Origin: Isurus oxyrinchus
Lineage: Eukaryota
Assembly: GCA_026770705.1 (NCBI GenBank)
Contig: JANJGN010000003.1
Location: 74,214,001 to 74,278,000 of the forward strand
Direction: 5' to 3'
Length of the DNA stretch: 64,000 nt
In this document: positions 38,221 through 50,502 of the stretch, one piece after another
Numbering within the stretch: the stretch's first letter is position 1
Layout: every line of letters starts with the position of its first letter
Position numbers and translations under genes: made by a program
The notes under the pieces: model-generated
What the model saw: only the letters and a program-made list of their open reading frames with translations
Database searches by the model: none
What the model was told of the DNA's origin: nothing

Positions 38221-38834
38221 GTAGCATACCAAAATTATTTTGGGCATTGAGTTGTTTGTTTGCCTATGAGTCAGGTGAAGTTACACATGTGCTTTGTCTC
38301 AACTCACTTAACTCTGTGGTAAAACACTAACAGCATTTTCTCATGTTGATCCAGTCAATAGTATGAACTATGACGTTGTAAATTATGCTGTTTTTGATGC
38401 TTTAACACCCAGACGGGATATAAATTTGGGATCATTTACTTAGTTCATTGGAAAATTGTTTTTTTTTACTGTTACAAATAGCTTTTACTGCATGCTTCAT
38501 GTGCTCTTCAAATTACTTTCCAGGCAGGAGGAGACTGTCATATTTCTGCTGAAAATTGGTTACTGAAGTAGGCAATATTTGGAAATTTTGGTTAGAGGAA
38601 GTGCAACAGATTTCCATGTGATGTGAATCACCAAAGCTTAAGAGATAGATTTCTGGAAGTGGTTCCGGATGTTTTAACAGTATGGTATTTGACCAGGAAT
38701 AGGAAGCGTTCAAATAGTTAAGATGAATGCACCAATCTTTTTGTGGTCTTGCAAGCATCAGTGAACCATTATATGGGCGGGAAATCAGATAACCTAAGCT
38801 GTCCCATAGATGAACAGCTCGATAACCCAACTAT

Positions 38835-38867
38835 TCAGACCACATGCAATGAGTCCAGTTTAGTACT
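38835..38867 (-). CDS. Candidate terminal coding exon segment (STKLDSLHVV*) of an unidentified gene
   Basis: Strong minus-strand acceptor CCCTTTCTCTTTGTTCTGTTTCAG|AGT, in phase with the candidate exon at 39509-39584. No protein match recognised. Confidence 0.25.
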   Translation of the reverse strand, partial: STKLDSLHVV

Positions 38868-39508
38868 CTGAAACAGAACAAAGAGAAAGGGCTGAGAAAT
38901 AATGGTCCAAAAATTAGCCTGGAGCTACTTTCAATGAGAAAGAAAATTGTTGGTGACGTCGGGATTTTGCTCCAGAAGAGGAACAAAATCCAAATGTCTG
39001 GATGGCTACATGGATGTTGTCAATGAGTCCTGTACTTCAAGAAATCCAGCAAATGTTGCTATTTAGTGAGAAACAATATGACAATATTGGCCTTGATCAA
39101 TAATGCATCTATCACCTGTTTGATACATATGTGAACAGCAAATTGATAGATATTGCTGACCTTCCCAGAAGAAGGCAAAGACTTTAAAGTTGATCTTAAC
39201 TGCTACCGACAATACAATTTCTAAGGTGGTATGATGATTTCTATGATTACATATGTCCTTACCACAGATGTGCACAGCTCTACAACCACCTCCTTGTCCA
39301 ATATGAGTTTACAAAAGACACTCTCTTCTGTCAATCCTGAATAACTGTACTTAAACCTAGGATATGACTGGCGGCATAATAGTCAATGTGAGTAGAATGA
39401 CTCTGTTGCAATCTGATATCCTTCGTATGGCTTCTTTATTGCTCCTTGTCCCCTTGTGTGACATGGAGCATTAAAAGGCATGGAATGATGAGGGGGGAAA
39501 AAGCATAC

Positions 39509-39584
39509 CTTTAAGAAATCTTTTGTTGACTGACAATAACCTTTGCTAGCTTCCAAAGCACGCTTTAAACAGGAAAGCTTAGTG
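39509..39584 (-). CDS. Candidate 76-nt internal exon (TKLSCLKRALEASKGYCQSTKDFLK)
   Basis: Acceptor TCTTCCTGTCTTCTTGCCCTGCTCCTACATAG| and donor AAG|GTATGC, with an open frame, in non-repetitive DNA. Confidence 0.3.
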
Positions 39585-41006
39585 CTATGTAGGAGCAGGG
39601 CAAGAAGACAGGAAGATTTCAGACTGCCCCATTATGCCCTAATTTGAATACATGTTGGCTGCTCAATAAAGTGTGAGAGAGAGCACCACCGGCAGATAAC
39701 CAGGCCAGGAAGCTTGTGCACAGTGCAAAGCAGGCGGCAAGCCAGCAATTTCCACAAACCACGATTTACTGACTCAGCTCGCTGAGCAACTGCCAACAAA
39801 GGCAATTTCACTGGCAGGATCTCTACTCCCATGTGAAAAGCCAAAGCTGGGATGGTGGAACTGAGTCCAAGAGGCCCTGAATGGAAAAGCAATAACAGCT
39901 GCAGGAACTGGCACACAGAAAGTGCAATTGTGAACTTTCACAGCATCTATGACGAGCTGAGTTATGATGACTGATCGACTCTGTTACAGCATGCAGGCTA
40001 TTCTCATTACTTCAGTATTGGCCACTATGTTTTCCAGCTGACTGACTGTTATTCCAACAATGGTGCAATTCACAATGATTGTTTTACATTAAAGCTTTAG
40101 GTTAGTTTTCTCTGAAAATACCCTTTCTGCTAGAGAAATATTTTGTCCGAAACAGCTGGCAGAAGTCCTCAAGCCGGACACTGAAGAGTATTACAAATGT
40201 GATATCATAGCACTCACAGGGTTAAATGCTTAAGGACTCAGCTAGTTCTGAAGCACCATTCTGGTAAGTACAGCAATTGCAAATTTATTCTGGCAACACC
40301 CATATAAATGTGCTTGCTCCTACAGTTGGTATTATTTATGACAAGAATGATTTATTTACTGTGGTTTATTTTGTTTAAAGCTGCACTATCTTCACAGAAT
40401 TGTTGAAAAGATCTTTATTTCACCAATGCACAATGTTGCGACATAAATATACATTAAAATGCATGAAGTCAGCAAATGATGCCCTAAAACTCATTTTTCA
40501 TTAAAGTAAGTATATTTCACTTAATTCTGTGTTACAGCTTCAGTGCAATATACCTCCAGGAGTCAAAATGTTTCTGTATTGATCAATGGTTGCATATTGC
40601 TATATCGTTGTACAGTAGTCTGCAATCACAGAGCATCTAAATACAATTAACTAAAGAGCAAACATGTTCTATTTATAGTTTCAATTTCTATTTATAAATC
40701 AAGCTCATCCAGATGATATAATCTTACATTAACAAGTTATTAACAATTTATTAAATTTAGAGATCTCACTTAATTATGAGATACAGGAGCAAGTGTTTGC
40801 CTGACAAACCTTTAAAAAGAGTCATTCTGAACTGCTGCTGTCAAATCCTATGTAGACAACCCATTGTAGGAGCAAATTTCATGGAAAGTTGTTTTGCTGT
40901 CCTGCAAAAAACATCTGAAGAGCATTTGAAAACCAAGTAATGGTAAATATTACATTCATCAAAACACATGATAAATATCAAACTTCTTGTCTGGATGAGC
41001 AAATTT

Positions 41007-41935
41007 GGACCAGCTTTTGGTCACTGAAATGAGCAGCTTGAGTGGGGAGATTTTCTAACTTGCTGGATCCAACTTGTTAAAAAGTACCCTGAAACATGTG
41101 GGGGCAGGGACAGGATAGAGTCGGGCCCACTGACTCCGGAAGCGTAGGTGGCCACAGGTGTGGGTGGGTGCCGAGGCGGGCTGGTTAAAAGGCCTGCCTT
41201 GGTTCTCTGGGACTTTGTCCCGGATTTTTCAGAAGTCATGAGACCTCTAGCTCTCACCCCTCACATCATCTCAATGCCCTCACCCACCTGCCTGGCCTTT
41301 CATACCCTCCATGCCACCTCTATAGCAACTCACCCACTTTCCAATGGACAGACCTCAGGAGCCATATGGAGATGAAGAAAACTTCCAACAATCGAATACA
41401 GCTCTCACTCCCACACACTTGATAGCGAAAGCTCCCATTCATAAAATCCATTCAAAAATTTTAAATCTCTTCAAGTGGTTAATCTCTTACAAAACAAACA
41501 AACTTCTTTTCAGTAGTTATATCAAAGCTAATGCTTTACTAACTTCTTAAAGCTGTGAGTTGAAAACCTGCTCCCCACTGACGAAATTATAGTTTCTGAA
41601 ACTCAGCTTCCAGCAGAGGCTTTTTTTTAACTCCCACAGATGGCTGCAGTCCATTTTTTTTAAGTTTAAAGAGCAAGGCAGTCAAAAGACTTCCTATCAT
41701 GATAGTTAAACAGATCTCCTCAGCCCTTCTAAAGCATTTATATCTATCCCATCAATTCGTGACTCCCACACTGCGGAGTCCGTTTGAACTCAGCATTGAG
41801 CTCAATTAAGTTCAAATAGCCCTGATGAGTTCCGGTTTCCATCCGGTGTGAATCATGCCCCACCCCTTCCCCTACCGGCAAAAATTGGGCCCGTCGGAAG
41901 TGGGGACAGGGCTTCCAGATCCCACCGAAATTTTT
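41007..41935. mobile_element. Decayed Harbinger-type non-autonomous element related to 35389-36885 (opposite orientation)
   Basis: TIR-like GGACCAGCTTTT. The C-rich block at 41250-41345 resembles the reverse complement of 36480-36630. Ends uncertain. Confidence 0.45.
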
Positions 41936-42425
41936 AAAGGAGTCTTCCAAAGAAAAATAAGTACATTGTTTTGAAGATAATGTTCCATAAGAACTACACA
42001 TGTGCATTTCTTAATGGGACATCATCGTCATAACAAAGCACTGTAAAGAAAGAAATTTTTAAAATTGAGGTAAACCAGAAAAAAGTACCAATCCGAGAGC
42101 AATGATGTTCCCAGGACCATAAGGAATACAACTAATAAACCTATTAATGGAGGATAATTGAAAATTACAGGTCAAAGAATTTGTAACTAAGGGAAATGTT
42201 TAGATGAAGTGTAACAGACAAACATTTACAGGCTTTAATGACCTCAAGCTTCTTGTAAATATATTAAAATAATAAAATATTATATGCAATGACCTACTTA
42301 TTATCACATTAGTTATGGTGCAGTTTTTTAAGGTGAGTGTCCCTTTTGACCTATAGAAATCAGAACTGGCCAAAGGCAATATTATGGAGTCATAATATTG
42401 TTCAATATTTCATAATACAGTTTAG

Positions 42426-44578
42426 GACCAGAATTTTGCATTCCGCGTGTGGGGGTGGACCCAACATGCCGGAACATAAAATGACGCGCGATGATGTCGG
42501 GTGTGTGTCCCAATGTTACTAGTCTCCATTGCAATATTTCGGAAGGCGGGCACAATGAGGACAGAGGCACACCCACCATTAATCAACGGGCCAGTTAAGG
42601 CCCTTGAGGCACCAATTGAAATCGATTTTGTGCAGCTCATGCGATTTTCAGGGCATCGCACGGGCGCAACAGGCAGGTGGGTAGGCCACATTTTTAAAAA
42701 CCTCATCCACGGGTGGGATAAGAGGGGTGAGTGATCTCGCTAATGCGAGTTGTTAGAACTTCAGATTATAACTTACCGCTACTTGTTTGTGTGAACAGGA
42801 CAACTTCATTTTGCTTCAGAGCTGCTTTGATAGAAATAACAGGTTTCACTTCAGGACTCTGGAGGAATCATAACACACGGAACCTTCCAGATATGAGACA
42901 GCCTTCCCTTTTCCTGGGAATGGGGATTGTGGTCTCCGTTGGAGGCACTTCCTCTGAGGAGGAAGAGAGGGCCAGAAGGGGGAGGAGGCTAAGTATCCCT
43001 ATTCAGCCTCCAGGGGAGCAATCTGTGGGAGGAGAGATGTAGGCACAAGGGGTGTAGGGCCAACAGGAAGTCCAAGGCAGAAGGAGCCACAGAAGATGCC
43101 ACTATCTTGCTGCCAGGGTTTACAGGCGGCGATGCAGCTACCTCAATATGTCTGAGATGCAATGCCGAAGGAGGCTCCACCTCTCATGGGGGACGGTGAC
43201 CTCCATCTGTCAGATGATCGGCCCTGAAATCAGCTCCAACTGCGTAGGTGGACACCCTATACCAGTGGTGCTGAGGGGCACAGTGGCCCTCAACTTATAT
43301 GCCTCCGGCTCTTTCCAGGAGTCGGTAGGTGATCTTTGTGGAGTCTCCCAATCAGCTGTTCACAGCTGTGTCAAGCTGGTGACAGATGCTCTGTTCAGGT
43401 GTGCATTGGCTTCATTCACTACCATACGGATGAGGCCAGCCAGGCTGAGCAAGCCAGAGGCTTTGCAGCAATTGCTGGGTTCCCCTGTATCAAGGGTGCA
43501 ATTGGCTACATGTGGCCATCAAGGCATCAGCAAGTGAGCCGGGAGCCTTCATCAACAGGAAGGGATTCCACTCCATGAACATGCAGATGGTGTGTGACCA
43601 TAGGATACAGATTCTGCAAGTTTGTGCAAGGTACCCAGGCAGTTCCCATGACACTGACATCCTGAGACACTCCCAGGTGCCGAGGGTCTTCAGTGCTCCA
43701 GCCCAGCTGTGGATGGATAGCTGCTGGGTGACAAGGGCTATCCACTCAAAAGGTGGCTCATGACGCCTCTCTGCCATCCAAGACAGAGGCCGAGCAGAAG
43801 TACAACAGGAGCCATGCCTCCACAAAGGCAGTGGTACAGAGAACTTTAGGTCTTCCTCAAGATGCGCTTCTGATGCCTGGACCATTCAGGGTGCACACTG
43901 CAATACCCCCCAGGTGCTGCACTCTCCACAATCTGGAGCTGGAAAGGGGGGACACAGTGGAGGAAGAAGATGTTGACACAGCAGCTCTGGCAGTAGACGA
44001 TAAGTCCAGTAGTGAATCCGAGGACAAGCACAGTAGGAGTACGCTGAGGGGATAGACACTGACCTGGACAACCTCAAGGAAGGCAGGAGCATCCGGGAGG
44101 CTTTGAATCAACACTCCTTCAGCTAGCCTACCAAAGATTAACCATCACCACATGCCAGGGCTGCAGGCTCCATACTCGATACCTGAGAGGAAAATTTGCT
44201 TGGTGAACAAAATGCACTGTGTGCCATCTCAGTAAAGCTTAATACAAACAAGTCACTCGTAACATCATAGGTTACCCTTCATCTCCAGAACTAATGAAGC
44301 ATTGCTTCGGTACTGCAAAGTCAATGGCAGCCTTCACACGGCTGCCTGTGCCCTTTTTGAATAGGCCGCTGGGTCGCCATTGGACCTGGTGGACATTGAG
44401 TTTCCACCCCAGCCCGCCCCTTCACGCTGATGCTGGAGCCGCACATTATGCTGGGTGGGCCTTTATTGGCCCACCTGCGTAAACTGGCTGTGTGCACCCA
44501 ATCGCGGGCAGCAGTTGGTTTCCCGACCATCCCCACCCGCTTCCGCCGAGCCTGCCGGATGCAGGAAAATTTCAGGCC
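42426..44578 (+). mobile_element. PIF/Harbinger DNA transposon with decayed transposase
   Basis: TIRs GACCAGAATTTT / AAAATTTCAGGCC. TSD TAG at 42423-42425 and 44579-44581. The first 300 bp and last 200 bp or so are homologous to the MITEs in this window. Confidence 0.92.
42920..44126 (+). pseudogene. Harbinger (HARBI1-like, DDE_Tnp_4) transposase pseudogene
   Basis: Frameshifted segments YLNMSEMQCRRRLHLS, VALNLYASGSFQESVGDLCGVSQSAVHSC, FAAIAGFPCIKGAIG, FINRKGFHSMNMQMVCDH..VCARYPGSSHDTDILRHS, LLGDKGYPL, EQKYNRSHASTKAVVQRTLG and CCTLHN. Confidence 0.92.
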
Positions 44579-45214
44579 TAGGAAGCCTATTGTACCTGTA
44601 CTGGCTCTTTGGCAAAGCTATCCAATTGGTCAAACTCTGCTCTTTCCTTTCAGTTCTTTATCTAATTCTGAATAATATGTATTTTTGTTAAAGATGCAAA
44701 AAGAAGATAGGGTGATAAAGGCTACAATATTAAATTAAAAGCATTGCAAACCAACAGCATTTTTGTCCAAAAATAAGGAGTTTCAGCTGAAACATAAATA
44801 GAAACAAGAAGTAACGAATATTTGAAAAGATGAGTTAGTCCAGGTATAAATTTGAAAATTAAAGCTTAAATCAGGAACAAGGTAATCAGTGCAATAGCCA
44901 TAAAAATATTGCAATGGAAACAAAGACAGTCAGGAATTTGAGTGCACCAAGTAAAAATTGAGGGCAGTGAATCACCAGCTGACCTGTTCCATAAACCATT
45001 TTCTAAGGCAGCTTTTGAAAAATTAGAAAGCACACTGCACACCAAATAGCATCAGATCACACTTGAGGCCTTGCATTTTTCATTCCTTAGAAAGATTGTA
45101 AAGTATGCTGAGCCATCAAAAATTTGAATTAGGGAGCAAGAAATTCCTACATAAAATCAATGAGAAATCTAGAGGCATAGAATGATTCACAATGCATTCA
45201 GCTGCAACAATGTC

Positions 45215-47191
45215 GGGCTGAATTTTACCATGGGCTTTGAGACCCCAATGCAGTTGGAAAAATCGGGTTCTGAGTCCGCCCTTGCCAGCCATGGGACCAC
45301 TGGGTGATTTTACCGCAAGCACTCCTAATTGGCTGCCATCCAATTAAGGGTGGCAGGCAGATTCCTGATGCTGCCAGCCCAATCACAGGGCCGATAGTTC
45401 CTGAAGTGTTCTCAAAATTCCCACATTTTTCATATCATCAACAAGGATATGACTTTTGGACTTTTATGGCAGAGGACCCAACTGCTGAGTTAAGTGTAGA
45501 ACCCTGCAGACAGGAGGCAGCCCATGAAGGCCTGGGACTAGACATGCCCGGGCTTGTTGAGTGCAGCGTGGATTATTACCTCTAACCAGACAACGAGAGG
45601 AGACAGAATATGCATTCTTCCCTTTAAAACAATCAACCCAGAGAAAGACTTCATCTTACATGAAACTAAAGCCCATCAGAATCTTGCATAATCGCTACTA
45701 ACTACTAAGGCAGAAAGGCAGCAATCAACGCGATTATGCGAACCCATCAATACTCCACATGTACAATGGCTTTCAGTTCAAGACTAGTTACGGGTTCAGG
45801 AAGACAAGGATAAACATCGTGCGAGCCCATTAAAAACAACGAGACAACAATCACCTGAAGAAGCCCAAATCAGACAAAGAACTAACCTTGATTTAGTTTC
45901 AGATAAGAAATTTGAAGAAAACAGTATAACTGGGCCACCAGACGTGAAAGGATGGGCAGTTTTGGAGCAGTTGAAGTAGAGTTTAAGCAGGGTGAGCAGT
46001 TTTGGAGCGGTTGAAACAGAGTTTAAGCAGGAAGAGGGAGCTGAGCCAAGCGGAGGGAGGAGATCTGGAGGTTTGCAGGCCCACAGGCAACATCACGGCA
46101 AGGGTAAGGGGTGGCAGGCTCAACCAAAGACAACAAGGCCGCAACCGCAGCCCTCCATGAAGATCGACCACCCACAATCGTGCCCTCCACCCAACTGAAG
46201 AACCTTCACAGATTCCACAGGCTAGGACCACGTGGGGACGGCAGGCCCCAGAGGACACAAAGAGCGTACCCCAAAACTGCAACCGGTTTACCTGGCTGGA
46301 TTTCAAAGTGTCAAGGAACCCTGGTTGGTGAGCATAATCCCTGACCTCTCCTAGTTCAATTTAGTTAAGTTTTGGGGGTAGGACAAGGGTAAGGGGTTTA
46401 GTAGCATGATTTTCCCTCGTTTTGCAGAGTGTTCCCTATTCTTCACTAAGTATACTTTGTAGGTCTGTATAATCTCAGTGTAATCCTAATGTTATAAATT
46501 CATTTGTGACTTCAATAAACCCAGTTTTTTTCTTGCACCAAAACCAGTTGTCTGCTGCACCTTGTCACAACCCCCAAATAAGTCCAAGATCTAGAACCCA
46601 GGGAATGGGAGCGGGAGCGATTCGGACCACTCAGAAGTCAGAGGTGCAGCTGACACACACGTCACCACCCCCTACACTCCGAAATCTCAGCAGGGACATG
46701 AGGAGAGGTGGATACTGCTGAGGAAGGTCGCAGGTTCAGGAGGTTGGACAGGCAAGTAATTTAAAAATAAAAAAATCAGAGGTCTAAGAGCTGGAGGGAA
46801 ACCCTTCTGTGAAGATCGTTGGGACTGCAGGAGTTGCTTTCCCTGTCCGTGGTCACCTCTTCGGACCACAGAGCCTCCACTTCTGATGACACCTCTGGGC
46901 TGCCACAGGGAGGCTGTCCCTATAAAGCTGGCAGCATCCTCACGAGGCAGGTGCCCATCCTACTGTCATCAAAATGCCAGCAGCCCTATCAAATGGGCCA
47001 TAATAGTCCCTTTGAGTATGCAAATCAGCTGATCGCCCTCTTGGAGCGGGCAGCTGATCTTTTTTGCAGCCCTCCCCAGAAGTAGGATTGCATTCGGAAG
47101 CCTTGCCAATGTGGCTCCCACTACTTTATCAGACACCCCCCCAACTCCCCCATCTTCATTCCTGCCACCCGGGGGCTGGCAAATTCTGTCC
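45215..47191. mobile_element. Harbinger-type MITE hosting a solo LTR
   Basis: TIRs GGGCTGAATTTT / CAAATTCTGTCC. MITE-like sequence resumes directly after 46680. TSD not clear. Confidence 0.7.
45402..46676 (+). mobile_element. Solo LTR (1275 bp), ERV- or Gypsy-type
   Basis: TGAAG...CTACA termini. 4-bp TSD TTCC/CTCC at 45398-45401 and 46677-46680. TATAA near 45925 and AATAAA near 46514. Confidence 0.8.
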
Positions 47192-50100
47192 ATGTAACCT
47201 TAGAAGTGGCCCAAGATCGTTTAGTATTTATTGTAAAGATAATTATTGACTTCTTTCCTTCGTTTTAGGTGTCCTGCCCCTAATTGTTCTCATGTTATCA
47301 CACAGTGTTTTTAATTCCTTCTACCAGGAATTTCTAATGATAATGTGGCACTACAAATAAAAGCAATAGTGCACAGTCACTGATTGACTGTCCTAGCATG
47401 CTCTAACTCTCCAGATATAGCTATAATGGTGAAAAACACTTGAGGAATATCCAAGAGTATCAGAATGGAGATGATTTAATTAGAAACTCTCAGGTCAATG
47501 ACCTACTTATTATCACAAACTGGCATTGGATATTGTGCACTTTTTCAAGATGAGTGTACTTTTTGATCTCTAGAAATTAGCACTGGCCAAAGCCAATAAC
47601 ATGGAATCATAATATCCTACAGCCTAGTAGGCCCATTGTTCCTGAGTTGCTCTTTAATAGAGCTATCCGATTAGTCAAACTCTGCTTTCTTTTCCTTTAG
47701 GTATTTATCCAATTCCCTCTTAAAAGTTGCAACTGAAACTACTTCAACCAGTCTTTTAGACAATGCATTCCTGTTTGGTAAGGGGGGTAAGTGGTTAGCA
47801 ATCCCAGTGGAGGCTGATGATTCCAAGATGCCAGAGGAAAAGCCAGGGAGAGAAATCATAGGCCCTGGTGCTTCTCCTATTTCCAAGCCCCTTATTCCCC
47901 ACCCCTCTCCCTTGAAGCCCTCCCCTCAATCACACATGACTTTTTTCCTCTTTCAAAATTGACCAGTCAAATCACCAGAACAATCACAGAAAAGTCTGAG
48001 TAAAATAATAACATTCCTTGATGGTATCTGGTTACACATGTCGTCCGATTATATATGTAGCATGGGTCATTGGTATTAAGAGCAGCAACAATATAATGCA
48101 GTACTTATGTGTGCCCTATAGGTGATCCCACCTTGACTATTTAACAAACCAGAAAGTACAAATTTTACATTAACAGCATCATGCAATATAGCCAATTTGA
48201 CAGGAAAATATCCCATTTGTTATTAATAACACAGCAGATGATAATTACCTCAGCCCTCACTAACATGTTTATGCATTGTACCATATGGACAATCTGATAG
48301 TAGATTCATATTTGGGGCAAAGATTCAATATTTACAATCCAGATAAACTGCACAAGATCTTTTCCATTTTGTAGGAGAAGTAGAAGACATTCTCCTGCCT
48401 GATGCATGATATTATCAATAGAATTATTTCATACAAGGGGCATAATTATATTCTATTTTATCACTAATCTCACAGGGTAGAAAGATCAAATGATTCCTGA
48501 GCAACAAAGTGTAGTGATTGAACAACATAGGTCTTCATTAACAGTGAGAAGCATTGGATCCCGCCGGTGTCACTGTGCAATGCAACTTTTAAGAGGCCAA
48601 AGGATAAAGACTGAATGGTTCATAATTGTATCTGTGTTTTCCTGAGCAGCAAGTCTGAGGCCTCTGCTGATTGCTGCTTCTTTATACAATATATTTTCGA
48701 TATCTGTATTCCAATACAACTTTATCATGGTATTTCAATACCTCAAGATACTCAACAAAGCACCAAGATGGGGTGGGATAATAGATAAGTGGACAAAATG
48801 GCAAGTTTGGTATCAATGGAAAAGGACCCTTCAGAATCATGAGCAGTATAAAACAGGCTACTGATTCATTATGAGCCCATTATACACTCCTGTCCTCGCA
48901 ATTTCACCCAACTAAGTCTATGCATAGTAAACTTCCTTTAGCAACAAAGTAAACAAAACTCCAGCCATGATTCCATCTAGCCCAGCTGATCCCATCTATC
49001 CAAATGACATATGACAAATGTATTAGGAGCAGGAGTAAGCCACTCAGCCCCTCGAAATTGCTCTGCCACTTGATAACATTTCCTACATTATACCAATGGC
49101 TACAACTCAAATGCACTTAATTGGCTGTAAAGCAATTTGGGACATCATGAAAGGTGTTATATAAATGTAGGTTTTGTCTTTCTGTCACTATACCTACATG
49201 TAGTAAGAAAAGTGACTGTAGCAATGGTGAAATTGAAAGCCCAATGCTGATTCTCTAAGGAGAATTAATCACAGAGCAACTAACTGATGTTTGGAAAGTG
49301 GCTACAAAGAAACCATTACATTTACAAAACAATTCAACTCTGTAGCTAATACAACCTTATCACTCTGACTTCTCTAGCACCAACCAATGGCATCTGCTCC
49401 TTTTACACTAATGCCACTATCCCCAGAATTTGTAAATCAGATGTCTACCAACAGCTCAGGAAAATTGTAGATTGAATTGTTGCTCTGAATTTTTAAAGGA
49501 ATAATACACAGTACATAAATTTAGTACAATCTTAACTCAAGAACTAGGTTGTTTCCCCTTTCCCCAGAAATGGTCATACAAATTGGTTGTACACTGTGAA
49601 TGTAGTATACCTGGGGTGAACATAGGATGGTGTAGCAACTTGTAAAACTTTTCTTTAAGCAATCTCCTAGTGACAAATAGGGATTAAATTCCCAGGTCTG
49701 CAAGAGTAATAAAATGGGTGAAAGTGAGTCAACATTCTATTTTGTCTCACTCCCAGTTTTTGTTTTCTGATATTTATTTTGATGAGGCCCAAAGTTCTCA
49801 AGCCTCTGGTACATCAACACAGCATGTCATCATGGTTTAAATCCAAAAGAGAATTTTGAGAAGTGTACAGTATATAATTTTGTGGTACAAAACCTTAAAA
49901 GTGACTTTCCTAACAACCAACCCCACCCTAACCCCATCAGCACCCCTGTCAACCTGCCCATTACCACCCCACCACATTGCCCCTCCCCATTCAACCCACC
50001 TCTCACCCCAACCCCCACAGCCCCATCCCACCACCCACCCAACCCTACCGCCATCACCCCATCCCATCCATTACTCAACCCCCACCACTTCACTCCACTC

Positions 50101-50502
50101 CCAAACCCCTTCACCCCCATCCCACACCACCCCCACCCCTGCCCCAGCAACCAAATAGCTCTAAAATGATTACAGGGACTTACTATTTTTCAAGCAGATA
50201 TTCAACCGAGAGCACACTCCTGCCATTACCACGCTACAGCTGCTGCTGCTCACCTTTGAGCAGCTTTTTGGTTTTCTGGTGGGCTTCGCAAAAACAATCG
50301 GAACCACGAAACTGCCGAATGTCGAATGTGTCAGCAGTTCCTACTCACAGCTCCTGTCAGTGAAACCGACCTGACTGAGTGATTTTTAAAAATCGGAACT
50401 GTCAGGCTGACAGTTCTGAATTTCTTTTTAAGACAGTCTTTCAGGCCTGCTGCTCACTTTGGACCCTGTTCACAATACTGAGCTTGGGCGTTCCTAAACC
50501 CC

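Noticed and set aside
38513-38830. 105-aa minus-strand ORF
   Set aside because: Non-ATG start, stops between it and the upstream acceptor in all frames, and no recognisable domain.
40134-40268. Plus-strand exon ending at CTG|GTAAGT
   Set aside because: The frames examined hit stops before the donor, and no protein similarity is visible.
42920-44126. Domesticated HARBI1 gene
   Set aside because: Multiple frameshifts and stops, and it is bounded by TIRs and a TSD, so it is a transposon fossil.
49830-50363. Pro/His-rich and Gly/Trp-rich ORFs
   Set aside because: Artefacts of a C-rich low-complexity tract.
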